From positions 2,496,001-2,560,000 of the forward strand of contig OZ240215.1 of the NCBI GenBank assembly GCA_965197585.1: a stretch of DNA of 64,000 nt, in the 5' to 3' direction. Positions within the stretch are counted from its first letter, which is position 1, and every line of letters starts with the position of its first letter. The notes under the pieces are model-generated. The model did no database searches and was not told the DNA's origin. It was given only the letters and a program-made list of their open reading frames with translations. The position numbers and the translations under genes were made by a program. Positions 1 to 10,947 of this stretch are shown here, in pieces. Source of the DNA: Dehalococcoidia bacterium (GTDB lineage Bacteria; Chloroflexota; Dehalococcoidia; Plut-88900).

Positions 1-78
1 CGCGAGGGATCTAAGGCGTCCCTCTACCCATCAACCCCATTCCAACTAAGCCTAGACACCCGCCATTCCCCTCTCCCC

Positions 79-495
79 CTACTCGTCCACAATCGCTATC
101 GCCTCCACCTCTATCACCAGACCGTCATATGCTAATCCGGCCACCTTCACCGCCGTCGCCGCGGGACCTGGACTGGGGATGTACTGGTTCCTCACGTGGG
201 TCATCTTCTCCCAGAACTTCCGGGAATCGTCACCCTTGGAGTCATCCATGTAGTAAGTGTTCAGCTTTACTATGTCCTTCATGTCCGCCCCGACTTCCCT
301 CAGCACCGTCCGCACGTTCTCAAACACGATCCGTGTCTGCTCTTCGATGTCGAACGGGGCTATCGGTGTGCCCTGCTCGTCTGCCGAAATCTGCCCCCCG
401 ACGAATATCATCTTCCCGACCTTCCACCCCTGCGAAAACGGCACCGGCATGCTCCAGTACCAATGGCCCTTCGGCATTATCCGTATTTTTTCCAT
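79..495 (-). CDS. RidA/YjgF/UK114 family protein
   Basis: IFVGGQI, EEQTRIVFENV..VL, PAATAVKV..L...VIEVEAIA motifs; start trimmed to the ATG at 495, which has GGAGG upstream. Confidence 0.85.
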   Translation of the reverse strand: MEKIRIMPKGHWYWSMPVPFSQGWKVGKMIFVGGQISADEQGTPIAPFDIEEQTRIVFENVRTVLREVGADMKDIVKLNTYYMDDSKGDDSRKFWEKMTHVRNQYIPSPGPAATAVKVAGLAYDGLVIEVEAIAIVDE

Positions 496-676
496 CAGAC
501 AGTACCTCCCGTATGCTCTAAATTCCCGCCCGCACCGATACCATACCCCACAGCCCCAACCCTTTCCACCTGTTACTCCCCTCTTCATGGTCCACGGACA
601 AAGGCCATCCCTTTCGACGTAGGGGCGGGTAGGATCGAAGGGCTGAACGTAAACCCCGAGTTCCCTCCCCCCACCC

Positions 677-706
677 TTGCCCCACCCCCCACAACCGCGC
701 TAAAAT
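677..706 (+). promoter_or_regulatory. Putative sigma70 promoter of the pyr operon
   Basis: TTGCCC-18-TAAAAT upstream of the PyrR leader. Confidence 0.45.
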
Positions 707-753
707 ACCCCCACGCAATCAACGCCCGACAAACCTGTAAACGCGGTAACGGA

Positions 754-784
754 CCTTTAATTCAGTCCCGAGAGGCTGGCAAGG
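754..784 (+). promoter_or_regulatory. PyrR-binding RNA element (anti-antiterminator)
   Basis: CCTTTAATTCAGTCCCGAGAGGCTGGCAAGG contains the ARUCCNGNGAGGYU consensus, directly upstream of pyrR. Confidence 0.9.
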
Positions 785-817
785 AAAACAGGATTACCGC
801 AGCCGATTTCGGCCTAC

Positions 818-850
818 ACCCTTGCCGCCCCTTAGCAGGGGTATTTTTTT
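818..850 (+). terminator. Attenuator terminator of the pyr leader
   Basis: ACCCTTGC/GCAGGGGT stem followed by A and T7. Confidence 0.75.
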
Positions 851-1433
851 GACCGACACCGTCCTAATGTCCCCCGCCGACATCGGCAAGTCCCTCCGCC
901 GTGTTTCCCATGAGCTCATAGAGGCCCATCCAGACACCTCTCACCTTCTTCTGATCGGCATCCGCACCCGTGGCCTCCCCCTCGCCCAGCGCATCACCCG
1001 CAATATTGCCTCCGGCGGCAATGGCCGGATCCCTGTCGCCGCCCTGGACACGACTCCCTACCGCGATGACCGGATCACCCCCGCTCAGCCTGCCAACGGC
1101 ACAGGCTCGCCCATACCCGGCGGCGTCACCGATCGCGACGTAGTCCTCGTCGACGACGTCCTCTTTACCGGACGCACCATCCGGGCAGCACTCGATGCCC
1201 TCGTCAATCTCGGGAGACCCCGCTCCGTTCAACTCCTCGTTCTCGTCGACAGAGGCCACCGCGAGCTCCCCATCCGCGCCGACTACGTGGGCAAGAATAT
1301 ACCCACTTCTCTCACTCAGACCGTCAAGGTCCGCCTCGAAGAGATGGATGGCAGAGATGAGGTCGTGCTACTGGGCGATGCTGTTTCTACACAAGGCCGA
1401 GCCCGCGTCGCCGGAGGTCTCAAACTCACATGA
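849..1433 (+). CDS. pyrR: Bifunctional pyr regulator / uracil phosphoribosyltransferase
   Basis: GIRTRG, YRDD, VVLVDDVLFTGRTIRAALD, DRGHRELPIRADYVGKN; probable TTG start at 849 (ATG at 867 is the alternative). Confidence 0.95.
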   Translation: MTDTVLMSPADIGKSLRRVSHELIEAHPDTSHLLLIGIRTRGLPLAQRITRNIASGGNGRIPVAALDTTPYRDDRITPAQPANGTGSPIPGGVTDRDVVLVDDVLFTGRTIRAALDALVNLGRPRSVQLLVLVDRGHRELPIRADYVGKNIPTSLTQTVKVRLEEMDGRDEVVLLGDAVSTQGRARVAGGLKLT

Positions 1434-2821
1434 ACCTCCAAGGGCGCAACCTTATCACCGTCGACGACATCTCCAACGACGAGGTCGAGTCCGTCTTCTC
1501 CCTCGCCGACCTGATGCACGCCGACATCCGCGGCCAGTCCAACCTCTGCAAAGGCATGGTCATGGCCAGCCTCTTCTACGAACCCAGCACCCGCACCCGG
1601 CTCTCCTTCGAAACGGCCATGCACCGGCTCGGAGGCAATGTCGTCACCGCCGCCGACATAAACACCACCTCCATAGCAAAGGGCGAGACCCTCGCCGACA
1701 CCGCCCGCGTCGTCAGCAGCTACGTCGATGTCATAGTCATCCGCCACCCTTGGGAGGGCGCCGCCCAGGCCCTCGCCGACTACGCCTCCGTACCCGTTAT
1801 CAACGCCGGAGACGGCAGCCACGAGCACCCCACCCAGTCCCTCTGCGACCTCTACACCCTCAAACGTGAGAAAGGCGATATCCGCGGCATTACCGTAGCC
1901 CTCTGCGGCGATCTGAAAGGCGCCAGGACTGTCCACTCCCTGACCTACGCCCTAGCCCGGTTCGGTGCCAACATCATGTTCATGCCCAGCAAGGGCTATG
2001 AGCTTCCCGACTACGTCAAAGACCGGCTGAACCGGGAGTACATGGGTACCGTCTCGGAAGGCAAGGGCAACGCGTCTAGCTCCTTCAAGGAAATGGACGC
2101 CATATACCAGACGCCCACTCGGCCCCACCTCCTTCCACCCCACCCCAAGGGAGGCAAGGCTACCGATACGGGAAGAGCTAAGACCAGCCTGGACGTGGTC
2201 TACGCTAGCCGTATGCAAAAGGAACGCCACCCCGAGGCCACAGATGATGCCACCGGCGGCGGCCTCCGCCTCGACAAGCGATTCATGCAGCGCCCCCAGT
2301 TCAGAAACGCCCTGATAATGCACCCCCTCCCCCGCGTCGACGAGATCGACTACGCCCTCGACGAAAACCCCAGGAGCATATATTTCAAGCAAGCTGCCTA
2401 TGGCGTCCCCGTCCGCATGTCCCTTCTGGCTTGCCTCCTTGGCGTATCCCAGCCCCAGGCGCAGGCCCACTACGGCAGCTTCGCCTATCCCGTGAGCTAT
2501 CCGCCCTACAAGTCAGACGCCGGCATAAGGTGCCCCAACCCGACCTGCGTCTCCAACAATGAGAGCGCCTACATCGTCCCCGAGTTCTTCCGCGTCGACG
2601 AAAACCCCACCGTTCTCCGCTGCCGCTACTGCCGCCGGGATGCAAGGGCCGAAGCCGCCGGCAGCGTCAGGACCAAGGTATATCACAAGGCCGGCCGCCA
2701 CCCCTCTAGACGCCTCCGCGGCGGCAACCTCGTCTACTTCGAATCTTTTGAGCAGGCTTCCAGCCTCGGCTACCGGCCCGGATACCGTGTCCCAGACCGC
2801 CAAATGGAGAATGAAGATTAG
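1430..2821 (+). CDS. pyrB: Aspartate carbamoyltransferase catalytic chain with C-terminal PyrI-like Zn domain and Ada-like domain
   Basis: FYEPSTRTRLSF, KGETLADT, HPTQ, MHPLPR; C-terminal CPNPTCVSN...LRCRYC. Confidence 0.93.
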   Translation: MNLQGRNLITVDDISNDEVESVFSLADLMHADIRGQSNLCKGMVMASLFYEPSTRTRLSFETAMHRLGGNVVTAADINTTSIAKGETLADTARVVSSYVDVIVIRHPWEGAAQALADYASVPVINAGDGSHEHPTQSLCDLYTLKREKGDIRGITVALCGDLKGARTVHSLTYALARFGANIMFMPSKGYELPDYVKDRLNREYMGTVSEGKGNASSSFKEMDAIYQTPTRPHLLPPHPKGGKATDTGRAKTSLDVVYASRMQKERHPEATDDATGGGLRLDKRFMQRPQFRNALIMHPLPRVDEIDYALDENPRSIYFKQAAYGVPVRMSLLACLLGVSQPQAQAHYGSFAYPVSYPPYKSDAGIRCPNPTCVSNNESAYIVPEFFRVDENPTVLRCRYCRRDARAEAAGSVRTKVYHKAGRHPSRRLRGGNLVYFESFEQASSLGYRPGYRVPDRQMENED

Positions 2822-2822
2822 C

Positions 2823-3938
2823 GTGACCTCAACCAACCCGACCAACAACTCAAACCACCCTGCCTGGCTCGTGCTGGAGGACGGCAGCTCCTTTCAGGGC
2901 ACGTCCTTCGGCGCAAACGGCGAAGGTCACGGCGAGGTCGTCTTCAACACCAGCATGACCGGCTACCAGGAGATCCTCACCGATCCCTCCTACGCCGGCC
3001 AGATTGTCATGCTCACCTACCCACTTATCGGCAACTACGGCATCAACCCCGAGACCGTCGAATCCAAGAAGATCCAGGTACGCGGCCTCATAGTCCGAGA
3101 GGACTGTGACCTCCCGAGTCACTGGAACAGCGAGGCCACAGTGGCCCAGTTCCTCGCCTCCCAGGGTGTCTCCGGAATCTCGGGCGTCGATACCCGGGCA
3201 GTCACCCGGCGTCTACGTTCAAGCGGCGTGATGATGGGCATTATCACCAGGGACGACCCCCAGTCTGCCCTCAAAAAGCTCGCGTCCCTTCCCAGTTACG
3301 GCTCCGTGAACTACGTCTCAGAGGTCTCAACACCCGCCCCCTACACCTGGGACCCCACCGAGACCCCCACCTCCTACAATATCGTCGCCCTGGACTATGG
3401 CCTGAAGTACAACATCCTGCGCATCCTCAACAAGCTCGGATGCCGGGTCACCGTGATACCCGCCGACACCAGTGCGGAGGACATCCTCCAGATCGACCCT
3501 GACGGCCTTCTACTCTCCCCCGGCCCCGGCGACCCCGCCCTTCTCGGCCAGATCTCGGATACGGTGCGCGCCCTGGTCGGCGTCAAGCCGATAATGGGGA
3601 TCTGCCTGGGTAATCAGATGCTCGGCAAAGCCTTCGGGGGCAAGACCTTCAAGCTCAAGTTCGGCCATCGAGGCGCGAACCACCCCGTCAAAGACCTCGT
3701 CACTGGACGCGTCCACATCACCGCCCAGAACCACGGTTATGCCCTGGACGCCGACAGCCTGCCCCCATCCCTGGAGGTCAGCCACCTCAACCTCAATGAC
3801 GAAACCGTCGAGGGCCTAACCCACCGGGACTATCCCATTGTCTCCATCCAGTACCACTCCGAGGCCTCACCCGGCCCCCTCGACAACGTCTATCTCTTCC
3901 AGCGCTTCCTGGACATGGTCAAGGACCAGAAGAATTGA
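2823..3938 (+). CDS. carA: Carbamoyl-phosphate synthase small subunit
   Basis: GEVVFNTSMTGYQEILTDPSY, SPGPGDP, GICLG, QYHSE; start is GTG 2823 or ATG 2811. Confidence 0.95.
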   Translation: MTSTNPTNNSNHPAWLVLEDGSSFQGTSFGANGEGHGEVVFNTSMTGYQEILTDPSYAGQIVMLTYPLIGNYGINPETVESKKIQVRGLIVREDCDLPSHWNSEATVAQFLASQGVSGISGVDTRAVTRRLRSSGVMMGIITRDDPQSALKKLASLPSYGSVNYVSEVSTPAPYTWDPTETPTSYNIVALDYGLKYNILRILNKLGCRVTVIPADTSAEDILQIDPDGLLLSPGPGDPALLGQISDTVRALVGVKPIMGICLGNQMLGKAFGGKTFKLKFGHRGANHPVKDLVTGRVHITAQNHGYALDADSLPPSLEVSHLNLNDETVEGLTHRDYPIVSIQYHSEASPGPLDNVYLFQRFLDMVKDQKN

Positions 3939-3964
3939 TGCCTCACAAAATGATGTGCTATAAT
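3935..3964 (+). promoter_or_regulatory. Internal promoter of the vapBC module
   Basis: TTGATG-18-TATAAT with extended -10 TG; the -35 overlaps the carA stop; three TGATG direct repeats nearby. Confidence 0.65.
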
Positions 3965-4004
3965 GATGCAAATTAATGCCGCGCTGTAGAGGTGCTACTG
4001 AATT

Positions 4005-4244
4005 ATGAGAACCACCCTAAACATAGACAACAAGCTCCTCGAAACCGTGGTGGAAGCCACGGGTGAAAGGACAAAGAGCAAGGCCGTCAATGTTGCTCTC
4101 AAGGAGTACATTCGCCGTAAGCATGTGCAAGAACTAATAGACTCTTGGGGCAAGATAATCGTCGACGACTACAGAGACGAGGTGGAGCTTGTTAACGAGG
4201 AGCGACGTACTTACCTAGAATCCTTGAGGGATGGTACGGATTGA
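4005..4244 (+). CDS. vapB: VapB-type antitoxin (RHH)
   Basis: MRTTLNIDNKLL...TKSKAVNVAL; overlaps the PIN toxin start. Confidence 0.85.
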   Translation: MRTTLNIDNKLLETVVEATGERTKSKAVNVALKEYIRRKHVQELIDSWGKIIVDDYRDEVELVNEERRTYLESLRDGTD

Positions 4245-4633
4245 CCGTCCTTCTTGATACGTCGGTACTCCTACATGCCCAGAAGCTGCCCAAGTCCGGT
4301 GTCGCGCGGCAGGTTGCGGTCCTTCTTGCTTCTGGTGAAGCCTCTGTGGCTGGCCCCGTAATCATGGAATATATGCGCGGTGCCCGGACACAAGGGCAAC
4401 TGCATTTCCTTAAGGAACGTATCGTATCCATCGACTTCTTGGTCGCGGACCAGTTGGTTTGGTCATTAGCTGGAACCCTTGCCTTTCGCCTCCGACGCTC
4501 TGGCAAGCACCTTCCCGACCCTGACGTTATTGTTGCCGCCACCGCCATCCGCCACAACGTCCCGCTCTACACTCTGGATAAGGGCTTCAACCGAATAGCT
4601 GAGCTTGAGCTTTACCAACCCTCTTTATCCTGA
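4241..4633 (+). CDS. vapC: VapC PIN-domain toxin
   Basis: LLDTSV, ..MEY..G, DVIVAATA, LYTLDKGF; the acidic PIN residues are present. Confidence 0.9.
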   Translation: MTVLLDTSVLLHAQKLPKSGVARQVAVLLASGEASVAGPVIMEYMRGARTQGQLHFLKERIVSIDFLVADQLVWSLAGTLAFRLRRSGKHLPDPDVIVAATAIRHNVPLYTLDKGFNRIAELELYQPSLS

Positions 4634-4679
4634 ACTCAAGCACTTTATGACTTACGAAAATCGAGGAATTACCCGACCA

Positions 4680-5396
4680 GTGACCTCCCTCCCCAACATC
4701 ACAACCATATCCTTCGACGTCGACGGCACCCTCTGGGATTTCGAGCGATTTACGCGCCAAGCCCTCCAGGAAGTCCTGAACGAGCTCACGCGGATCGACC
4801 CCCAGGCCGCCCAAAACCTCACCGTTGATCAAATGGTGACCATCAGAGACCGGGTCCACGAGCAGTTGTGGGGCAATGACACAGACCTCGACACAATCCG
4901 TGAGAAGTCGATGCAGCAGGCCCTCCGAGAGGCAGGCCGTCCCAACGACTCCCTCGGCTCCTACCTGACTAAGATCTACTTCCAGCGTCGTGACGAGGCG
5001 CGCACAATCTTCCCTGACGCCCGACCCGCGCTGGAGCCCCTGGCCCGACATTTCAAGCTCGGCCTCCTGTCCAACGGCAACAGCCGAGCCAAAGTCCTCG
5101 GCATCGAAGACATAGTCTCTTTCGAGGTCTTTTCGCAAGACCACGGCGCCGTTGATAAGCCCGACCCCCGCATCTTCGAAATAGCAATGCACGAAGCTCG
5201 ATGCCAGCCCCATGAGCTTCTTCACGTCGGCGATTCCTGGGAGAACGACGTTCTGGGCGCCTTGAATGCGGGAGCCACGCCCGTCTTTTTCAACCGCAAC
5301 CCCACTGGGCAGGCGCCTCAATCCGTTATTGAGATTGGTTCCCTGGCCGAACTCTCCTCCCTGCTCTTGGCCCAACCTGCAATGGAGTCCCGTTAA
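4680..5396 (+). CDS. HAD-superfamily hydrolase (YjjG/YigB-like)
   Basis: [32 protein letters not shown]; start uncertain. Confidence 0.85.
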   Translation: MTSLPNITTISFDVDGTLWDFERFTRQALQEVLNELTRIDPQAAQNLTVDQMVTIRDRVHEQLWGNDTDLDTIREKSMQQALREAGRPNDSLGSYLTKIYFQRRDEARTIFPDARPALEPLARHFKLGLLSNGNSRAKVLGIEDIVSFEVFSQDHGAVDKPDPRIFEIAMHEARCQPHELLHVGDSWENDVLGALNAGATPVFFNRNPTGQAPQSVIEIGSLAELSSLLLAQPAMESR

Positions 5397-5397
5397 C

Positions 5398-8300
5398 ATG
5401 CCCCCCAAACCCTCTAAAGTCCTCGTCATAGGCTCCGGCCCAATCGTCATCGGTCAGGCCGCCGAGTTCGACTACGCCGGTACCCAGGCCTGTAAGGCCC
5501 TCCGCGAAGAGGGTGTCATTTCCGTCCTCGTCAACTCCAACCCCGCTACCATCATGACCGACGAAGACATCGCCGACATCGTCTATATCGAACCCCTCAC
5601 CGTCGATGTTGTATCCCGTATCATCGAGCAGGAGCGCCCCGACGGCGTTCTCCCGACTCTCGGCGGTCAGACCGGCCTAAACCTCGCAGTCGAACTCGCC
5701 GACGCCGGTGTCCTCGAAAAGTACGGCGTCCGCATGCTCGGCACTCCCTTAGGCACCATCCGCCAGGCCGAGGACCGTGAACTCTTCAAGCAGCTCCTCC
5801 ACGATATCGGCGAGCCTTCCCCTCCCAGCGCCACCGTCGAGACCGTAGATGGCGCCTTGGCTGTAGAAGACAAGCTCGGACTGCCCCTAGTCATACGCCC
5901 TGCCTACACCCTCGGCGGCACCGGTGGCGGCATTGCCCGCACCCGGGACGAGCTAGCCACCATCGCCGCCGGTGGTATCGCTGCCAGCCCCATCAATCAG
6001 GTCCTCATCGAGCGCTACCTCGAAGGTTGGAAGGAGCTGGAGTACGAGGTAATGCGCGATTCTGCGGACAACTGCATAACCATCTGCAACATGGAGAATA
6101 TCGATCCCATGGGTGTCCACACCGGCGACAGTATCGTCGTTGCCCCGAGCCAGACCCTCTCCGACCGCGACTATCAAATGCTCCGTTCTTCCAGCCTCAA
6201 CATCATCCGAGCCCTCGGCATCGAGGGCGGTTGCAACGTCCAGTTCGCCCTCGCCCCCGGGCCCCTCGTCGCCGAGGCCTTCGGCCAGTCCTCTGTAGAT
6301 GGCCGCTCTTACTATGTCATCGAGGTCAATCCACGCGTCAGCCGCAGCTCCGCCCTCGCCAGCAAGGCCACCGGCTATCCCATCGCCCGAGTCGCCGCCA
6401 AGATCGCCGTCGGCAAGACGCTGGACGAAATCCCCAACGCCGTCACCGGCAAGACCCGAGCCGCCTTCGAACCCTCCCTTGACTACTGCGTCGTCAAGAT
6501 TCCCCGCTGGCCCTTCGACAAGTTCGCCTCCGGAGACCGCCGCCTCGGAACCCAGATGAAGGCCACCGGAGAGGTCATGGCCGTGGACCGCTCCTTTGAG
6601 GCCGCACTGCAGAAGGCCGTCCGATCCCTGGAAACCGGCCAACGTCGCCTCCTCTGGGAAGACCGAGCCTGGGCCCAGGACGAAAATGGCGCCAATGGCA
6701 CTGTCCCCACGGAACCCAGCGATGATCGAATCTGGGCCCTCATGGCCTCCCTCCGCCGAGGCCTAAGCCCCGAAGACCTCTCCCGCCGCACCGGCATCGA
6801 CCCCTGGTTCACAAACAAGCTGTACAACATCGTCCACATGGAGCGCCGCCTCCTGAAGGAACCCCTCACCCCGTCTCTAATGCGTTCCGCCAAGCGTCTC
6901 GGCTTCGCCGACGATTACATCGGTACACTCGCCGACCGCCTCCCCGAGCAGGTCCGAGACCTCCGCCAATTCTGGGGCCTCCGCCCCGTCTACAAGATGG
7001 TCGACACCTGCGCCGCAGAGTTCGCCGCCGAGACTCCTTATTTCTACAGCTCCTACGAGCAGGAGAACGAGGCTGAGGCAATACCCGGCCGCAGGGCTGT
7101 CGTCATCGGCTCCGGCCCCATCCGCATCGGCCAGGGTATCGAGTTCGACTACTGCAGCGTCCACGCTTCCTGGGCCCTCAAGAAAGAGGGCACCGGTTCC
7201 ATCATGGTCAACTCCAACCCCGAGACCGTTTCCACCGACTTCGACACCAGCGACAGACTCTACTTCGAACCCCTCGACGAGGAAAGCCTCCGGGACATCC
7301 TCGAAAACGAAAATGCTGATGTGGTAGGCGGCAACGGCAACTCAGCCGAGATCGTAGTCCAGTTCGGTGGCCAGACCGCTATCAACCTCGCCGAGCCCCT
7401 ACACCGCACCGGCACGCCCATTCTCGGCTCCTCCTCCGATACCATAGACATGGCCGAGGACCGGCACCGCTTCGAGGACTTCCTCAATCGCCTCGGCATT
7501 CCTCAGCCCCCCGGCGCCGCCATCTCCTCTGTCGAGGCCGGCCTCAACGTCGCTCAGAGCATCGGCTATCCCGTTCTCGTACGCCCCAGCTACGTATTAG
7601 GCGGCCGGGCTATGGAGATAGTTCACAACGCCACCGAGCTAATCCGTTACGTTGCCGCCGCCGTAGACGTCGCCCCGGGCCGCCCCATCCTCATCGACAA
7701 GTACCTCGAGGGCATGGAGGTCGAGGTCGACGCCATCTGCGATGGGGAGCAGGTCCTCATCCCCGGCATCATGGAGCACATTGAGCGGGCCGGAGTCCAC
7801 AGCGGCGACTCCATGGCCGTCTACCCCGCCCCCAGCCTCACCACCGCCCAGAGAGACGCCATCATCGACTACACTGTCAGCATTGGCATTGGCCTTCAGG
7901 TCAAAGGTCTTATGAACATCCAGTATGTAGTAATGAAACCCTCCGACACAGATGAACGTGACCGGGGAGAACCCCTCGTCTACGTGCTTGAAGTAAACCC
8001 GCGCGCCAGCCGCACCGTCCCGTTCCTCTCCAAGATCACCGGCGTCCCTATAGTCCAGGTGGCAACCCGTATCATGATGGGCAAGTCCCTGGAGCAGCAG
8101 GGCTACTCTGGCGGCCTCTGGCCCGCCAAAGACATCGTCGCCATCAAGGCCCCCGTCTTCTCCATGTCCAAGCTAATTGGCGTCGACACCTTCCTAGGCC
8201 CCGAGATGAAGTCCACCGGCGAGGTCATGGGCATCGACCATTCCCTCGGCTCCGCCCTCGCCAAGGCCCTCCTCGCCAGCGACATGATGCTCCCACCCAA

Positions 8301-8706
8301 GGGTGCAGTCCTCCTCAGCATTGCCGACCGGGACAAGGCCGAAGCCCTGGACATCGTCAGGATGTTCGCCTCCCTCTCTTACAAACTTTATGCCACCCAA
8401 GGCACCGCCGAGATGATCCAGGCCATCGGCCTTTCCGTTACCGCCGTGGTCAAGGCCGGACAGGGCACTCCCGACATCGTCGACATCATCCAGGATGGCA
8501 CCGTCGACGTCGTAGTCAACACCTTGACCGGTCACCGCACCCCTCTCAGGGACGGCTTCCAGATACGACGCGCCGCCGCCGAGAGACGTATCCCATGCTT
8601 CACCTCCCTGGACACCGCCCGAGCCACCGTCGACGCCCTCGTAAACGGGCCCCTCAGCTTTTCCGTAAAACCACTTCGCGCCTATCTGGAATCGAGCCCC
8701 AAATGA
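5398..8706 (+). CDS. carB: Carbamoyl-phosphate synthase large subunit
   Basis: [15 protein letters not shown], duplicated ATP-grasp domains, C-terminal MGS domain. Confidence 0.97.
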   Translation: MPPKPSKVLVIGSGPIVIGQAAEFDYAGTQACKALREEGVISVLVNSNPATIMTDEDIADIVYIEPLTVDVVSRIIEQERPDGVLPTLGGQTGLNLAVELADAGVLEKYGVRMLGTPLGTIRQAEDRELFKQLLHDIGEPSPPSATVETVDGALAVEDKLGLPLVIRPAYTLGGTGGGIARTRDELATIAAGGIAASPINQVLIERYLEGWKELEYEVMRDSADNCITICNMENIDPMGVHTGDSIVVAPSQTLSDRDYQMLRSSSLNIIRALGIEGGCNVQFALAPGPLVAEAFGQSSVDGRSYYVIEVNPRVSRSSALASKATGYPIARVAAKIAVGKTLDEIPNAVTGKTRAAFEPSLDYCVVKIPRWPFDKFASGDRRLGTQMKATGEVMAVDRSFEAALQKAVRSLETGQRRLLWEDRAWAQDENGANGTVPTEPSDDRIWALMASLRRGLSPEDLSRRTGIDPWFTNKLYNIVHMERRLLKEPLTPSLMRSAKRLGFADDYIGTLADRLPEQVRDLRQFWGLRPVYKMVDTCAAEFAAETPYFYSSYEQENEAEAIPGRRAVVIGSGPIRIGQGIEFDYCSVHASWALKKEGTGSIMVNSNPETVSTDFDTSDRLYFEPLDEESLRDILENENADVVGGNGNSAEIVVQFGGQTAINLAEPLHRTGTPILGSSSDTIDMAEDRHRFEDFLNRLGIPQPPGAAISSVEAGLNVAQSIGYPVLVRPSYVLGGRAMEIVHNATELIRYVAAAVDVAPGRPILIDKYLEGMEVEVDAICDGEQVLIPGIMEHIERAGVHSGDSMAVYPAPSLTTAQRDAIIDYTVSIGIGLQVKGLMNIQYVVMKPSDTDERDRGEPLVYVLEVNPRASRTVPFLSKITGVPIVQVATRIMMGKSLEQQGYSGGLWPAKDIVAIKAPVFSMSKLIGVDTFLGPEMKSTGEVMGIDHSLGSALAKALLASDMMLPPKGAVLLSIADRDKAEALDIVRMFASLSYKLYATQGTAEMIQAIGLSVTAVVKAGQGTPDIVDIIQDGTVDVVVNTLTGHRTPLRDGFQIRRAAAERRIPCFTSLDTARATVDALVNGPLSFSVKPLRAYLESSPK

Positions 8707-9524
8707 TGGAAGATCACCTAGCCAAGGTCCTCGCAAACCACACCATCGCCCCCGGCGTCCACTGCCTGTGGGTCGACTCTCCTTCAGTCGCCGAAAGCCG
8801 GACCCCCGGTGAGTTCGTCATGGCCGAATGCGGCGACACTTCGGACCCTCTTCTCAGAAGAGCCATCAGCATTCACCGCTACGGACCCGACCTTCTCGCT
8901 GCTGATCCTGCCCTCGCCTCAGATTGGATAACCCCTGACTCTACAGCGCTTCTCTTCAATACGGGGAGCGCCGCCCGGACTTGGCTCGCCAACCGGGTAG
9001 CAGGTGATGAGATAAGAGTGCTCGGGCCCCTTGGTCGAGGCTACAGCATCGATCCCTCTGCCCAGAACCTAGTCATGGGCGGTGGTGGCACTGGCCTCGC
9101 TCCCCTGATCGCCTTGGCCGACCAGGCCGTCGCGTCGGGAAAGGACGTGACCATCGTTTCCGCCGCCCGTAAAGCCTCCCTCCTCTATCCCCGGGACTGG
9201 GTCCCGGAAGGAGTTAACGTCGTTGAGGTCACAGAGGACGGCTCAACCGGGGAAAAGGGTCTTATCACTGAAGCCCTGCCAAAAATCATGCAGAACGCCG
9301 ACCAGGCATTCTTCTGTGGCCCCGTGCCCATGTACCGAGCCATTTGGGAGACTTGGCGCAACCATGACATTTCCACTCCTACCCAGATCCTTCTTGAGGT
9401 GCGAATGGCCTGTGGCTTCGGCATCTGCTACGGTTGCGCCGTGGCCACACATTCGGGCCGTAAGATGGTCTGCACCCAGGGCCCGATGTTTGACCTCGCA
9501 GAGGTCAACTGGACGGGGTTGTGA
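8703..9524 (+). CDS. pyrK: Dihydroorotate dehydrogenase electron-transfer subunit
   Basis: [35 protein letters not shown]...VC 2Fe-2S motif. Confidence 0.9.
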   Translation: MMEDHLAKVLANHTIAPGVHCLWVDSPSVAESRTPGEFVMAECGDTSDPLLRRAISIHRYGPDLLAADPALASDWITPDSTALLFNTGSAARTWLANRVAGDEIRVLGPLGRGYSIDPSAQNLVMGGGGTGLAPLIALADQAVASGKDVTIVSAARKASLLYPRDWVPEGVNVVEVTEDGSTGEKGLITEALPKIMQNADQAFFCGPVPMYRAIWETWRNHDISTPTQILLEVRMACGFGICYGCAVATHSGRKMVCTQGPMFDLAEVNWTGL

Positions 9525-10915
9525 TCAGATGCTCCCGCATAAGTGCGGGTCTCCTTCCCCTTATTCTCATACTTGTGCTCGTCCTCACGGCCTGTGGTAG
9601 CAATGAGGAGCCCCCGGATGACACACCCACGATCCCTCCCCCCTCACCCACATCCGCGCCTCCGACCGCCACTCCTGAACCCGCCCCCACACCCACTCCT
9701 ACCCCGGCGCCGGAACCCGACGTGAACCTCATCGCCTTCGTCGGCCTCGACGACAGCATCTACACGATCCGACCTGATGGCACGGACCAGCAGCTTGTGT
9801 CAATCCCTATGTCCGGGGAGACCGCCTCCCTTGCCGGTAGCGCATTCTTTGCCAGTCACACCGTCTACAACTGGCCCACCTGGTCCCCCGACGCTTCCAA
9901 GCTCGCCTTCACCTCCTTCTCCGACAACGGCGATTTCGGTGGCGCACTCTGGCTCGTCGATATCCCCGGCGGGCTCCCCAGCAAAGTCTTCCAGGACCCC
10001 GACGACACCATAGGCAGGTTCGTAGCCCAGCGCAGTCCCCACTACATCTACTGGGCCCCCGGCAGCGACAGGGTCGCCTTCCTCGCCCCCACCCCCACCT
10101 CCCTCGTCCTCTACATGATCGAGACCAATGATCCTCACCACCCCGAGGTCCTATCCTTCGGCGCTCCTTCTTACATGGCCTGGTCCCCTGACGGACAATA
10201 CCTCCTCCACCACTTGGTCGACGCCGTCGACCTCATCGATACCCGCAATGACTTGGAAAGGGCCTCCCTCGATGCCCGATCCGTCTCTTTCAGGACCCCC
10301 GCCTGGAGCCCGGACAGCCGGCAAATGGCTTACGTGGACGGCTCCATTGGCGCTGATACCCTCGTCATTACCGATGTCCAGGGCAACTCCAAAATCGAAG
10401 TCGACCGCGTTAGCATCCTCACAGTCTTCCTGTGGTCCCCATCGTTAAACGAGATCGCATACACTGAGTTGACCCCGGCACGTAGCCTGGGCATCCCCAC
10501 CTACGGTGGGCTTGCCGTCTTCGACGTTGACTCCGGCGAGACCCGTCAGATCACCAACCGCGAGATCGCTGCCTTCTTCTGGTCTCCAGACGGCTCGATG
10601 GTCGCCTACGTGGGCATTGACCGTCCCGCTGCTACCATCTCTTGGTACGTCAACGATAGGTCTGGCAAGGCCGAAAAGAAACTCACCGACTTCGTCCCTT
10701 CCTCCGAGCAGCTTTTCGTCATGTTTGCCTTCTTCGATCAGTACGCCTACTCCAACAACCTCTGGTCCCCCGACGGCCGGTCCCTCGTCTACTCTGCCCG
10801 AGACCCGGACGCCAATGGCACCGGAGGCAGTACCATCCAGGTCGTCTCGATAGACGGCGTTTCTCCCCCCAGGGTAATAGCCCCTGGCAACCTCGCCTTC
10901 TGGTCCCCTAAATAA
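9521..10915 (+). CDS. Lipoprotein with PT linker and TolB-like/PD40 beta-propeller
   Basis: Lipobox LTAC, Pro/Thr linker, repeated WSPD motifs. Confidence 0.8.
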   Translation: MIRCSRISAGLLPLILILVLVLTACGSNEEPPDDTPTIPPPSPTSAPPTATPEPAPTPTPTPAPEPDVNLIAFVGLDDSIYTIRPDGTDQQLVSIPMSGETASLAGSAFFASHTVYNWPTWSPDASKLAFTSFSDNGDFGGALWLVDIPGGLPSKVFQDPDDTIGRFVAQRSPHYIYWAPGSDRVAFLAPTPTSLVLYMIETNDPHHPEVLSFGAPSYMAWSPDGQYLLHHLVDAVDLIDTRNDLERASLDARSVSFRTPAWSPDSRQMAYVDGSIGADTLVITDVQGNSKIEVDRVSILTVFLWSPSLNEIAYTELTPARSLGIPTYGGLAVFDVDSGETRQITNREIAAFFWSPDGSMVAYVGIDRPAATISWYVNDRSGKAEKKLTDFVPSSEQLFVMFAFFDQYAYSNNLWSPDGRSLVYSARDPDANGTGGSTIQVVSIDGVSPPRVIAPGNLAFWSPK

Positions 10916-10947
10916 CCGCCTCATACCCCCACCCCCCACCCACCCCC

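Noticed and set aside
618-660. GTAGGGGCGGG-type palindrome remnant (similar one near 61340)
   Set aside because: Too degenerate and too few copies to call with confidence
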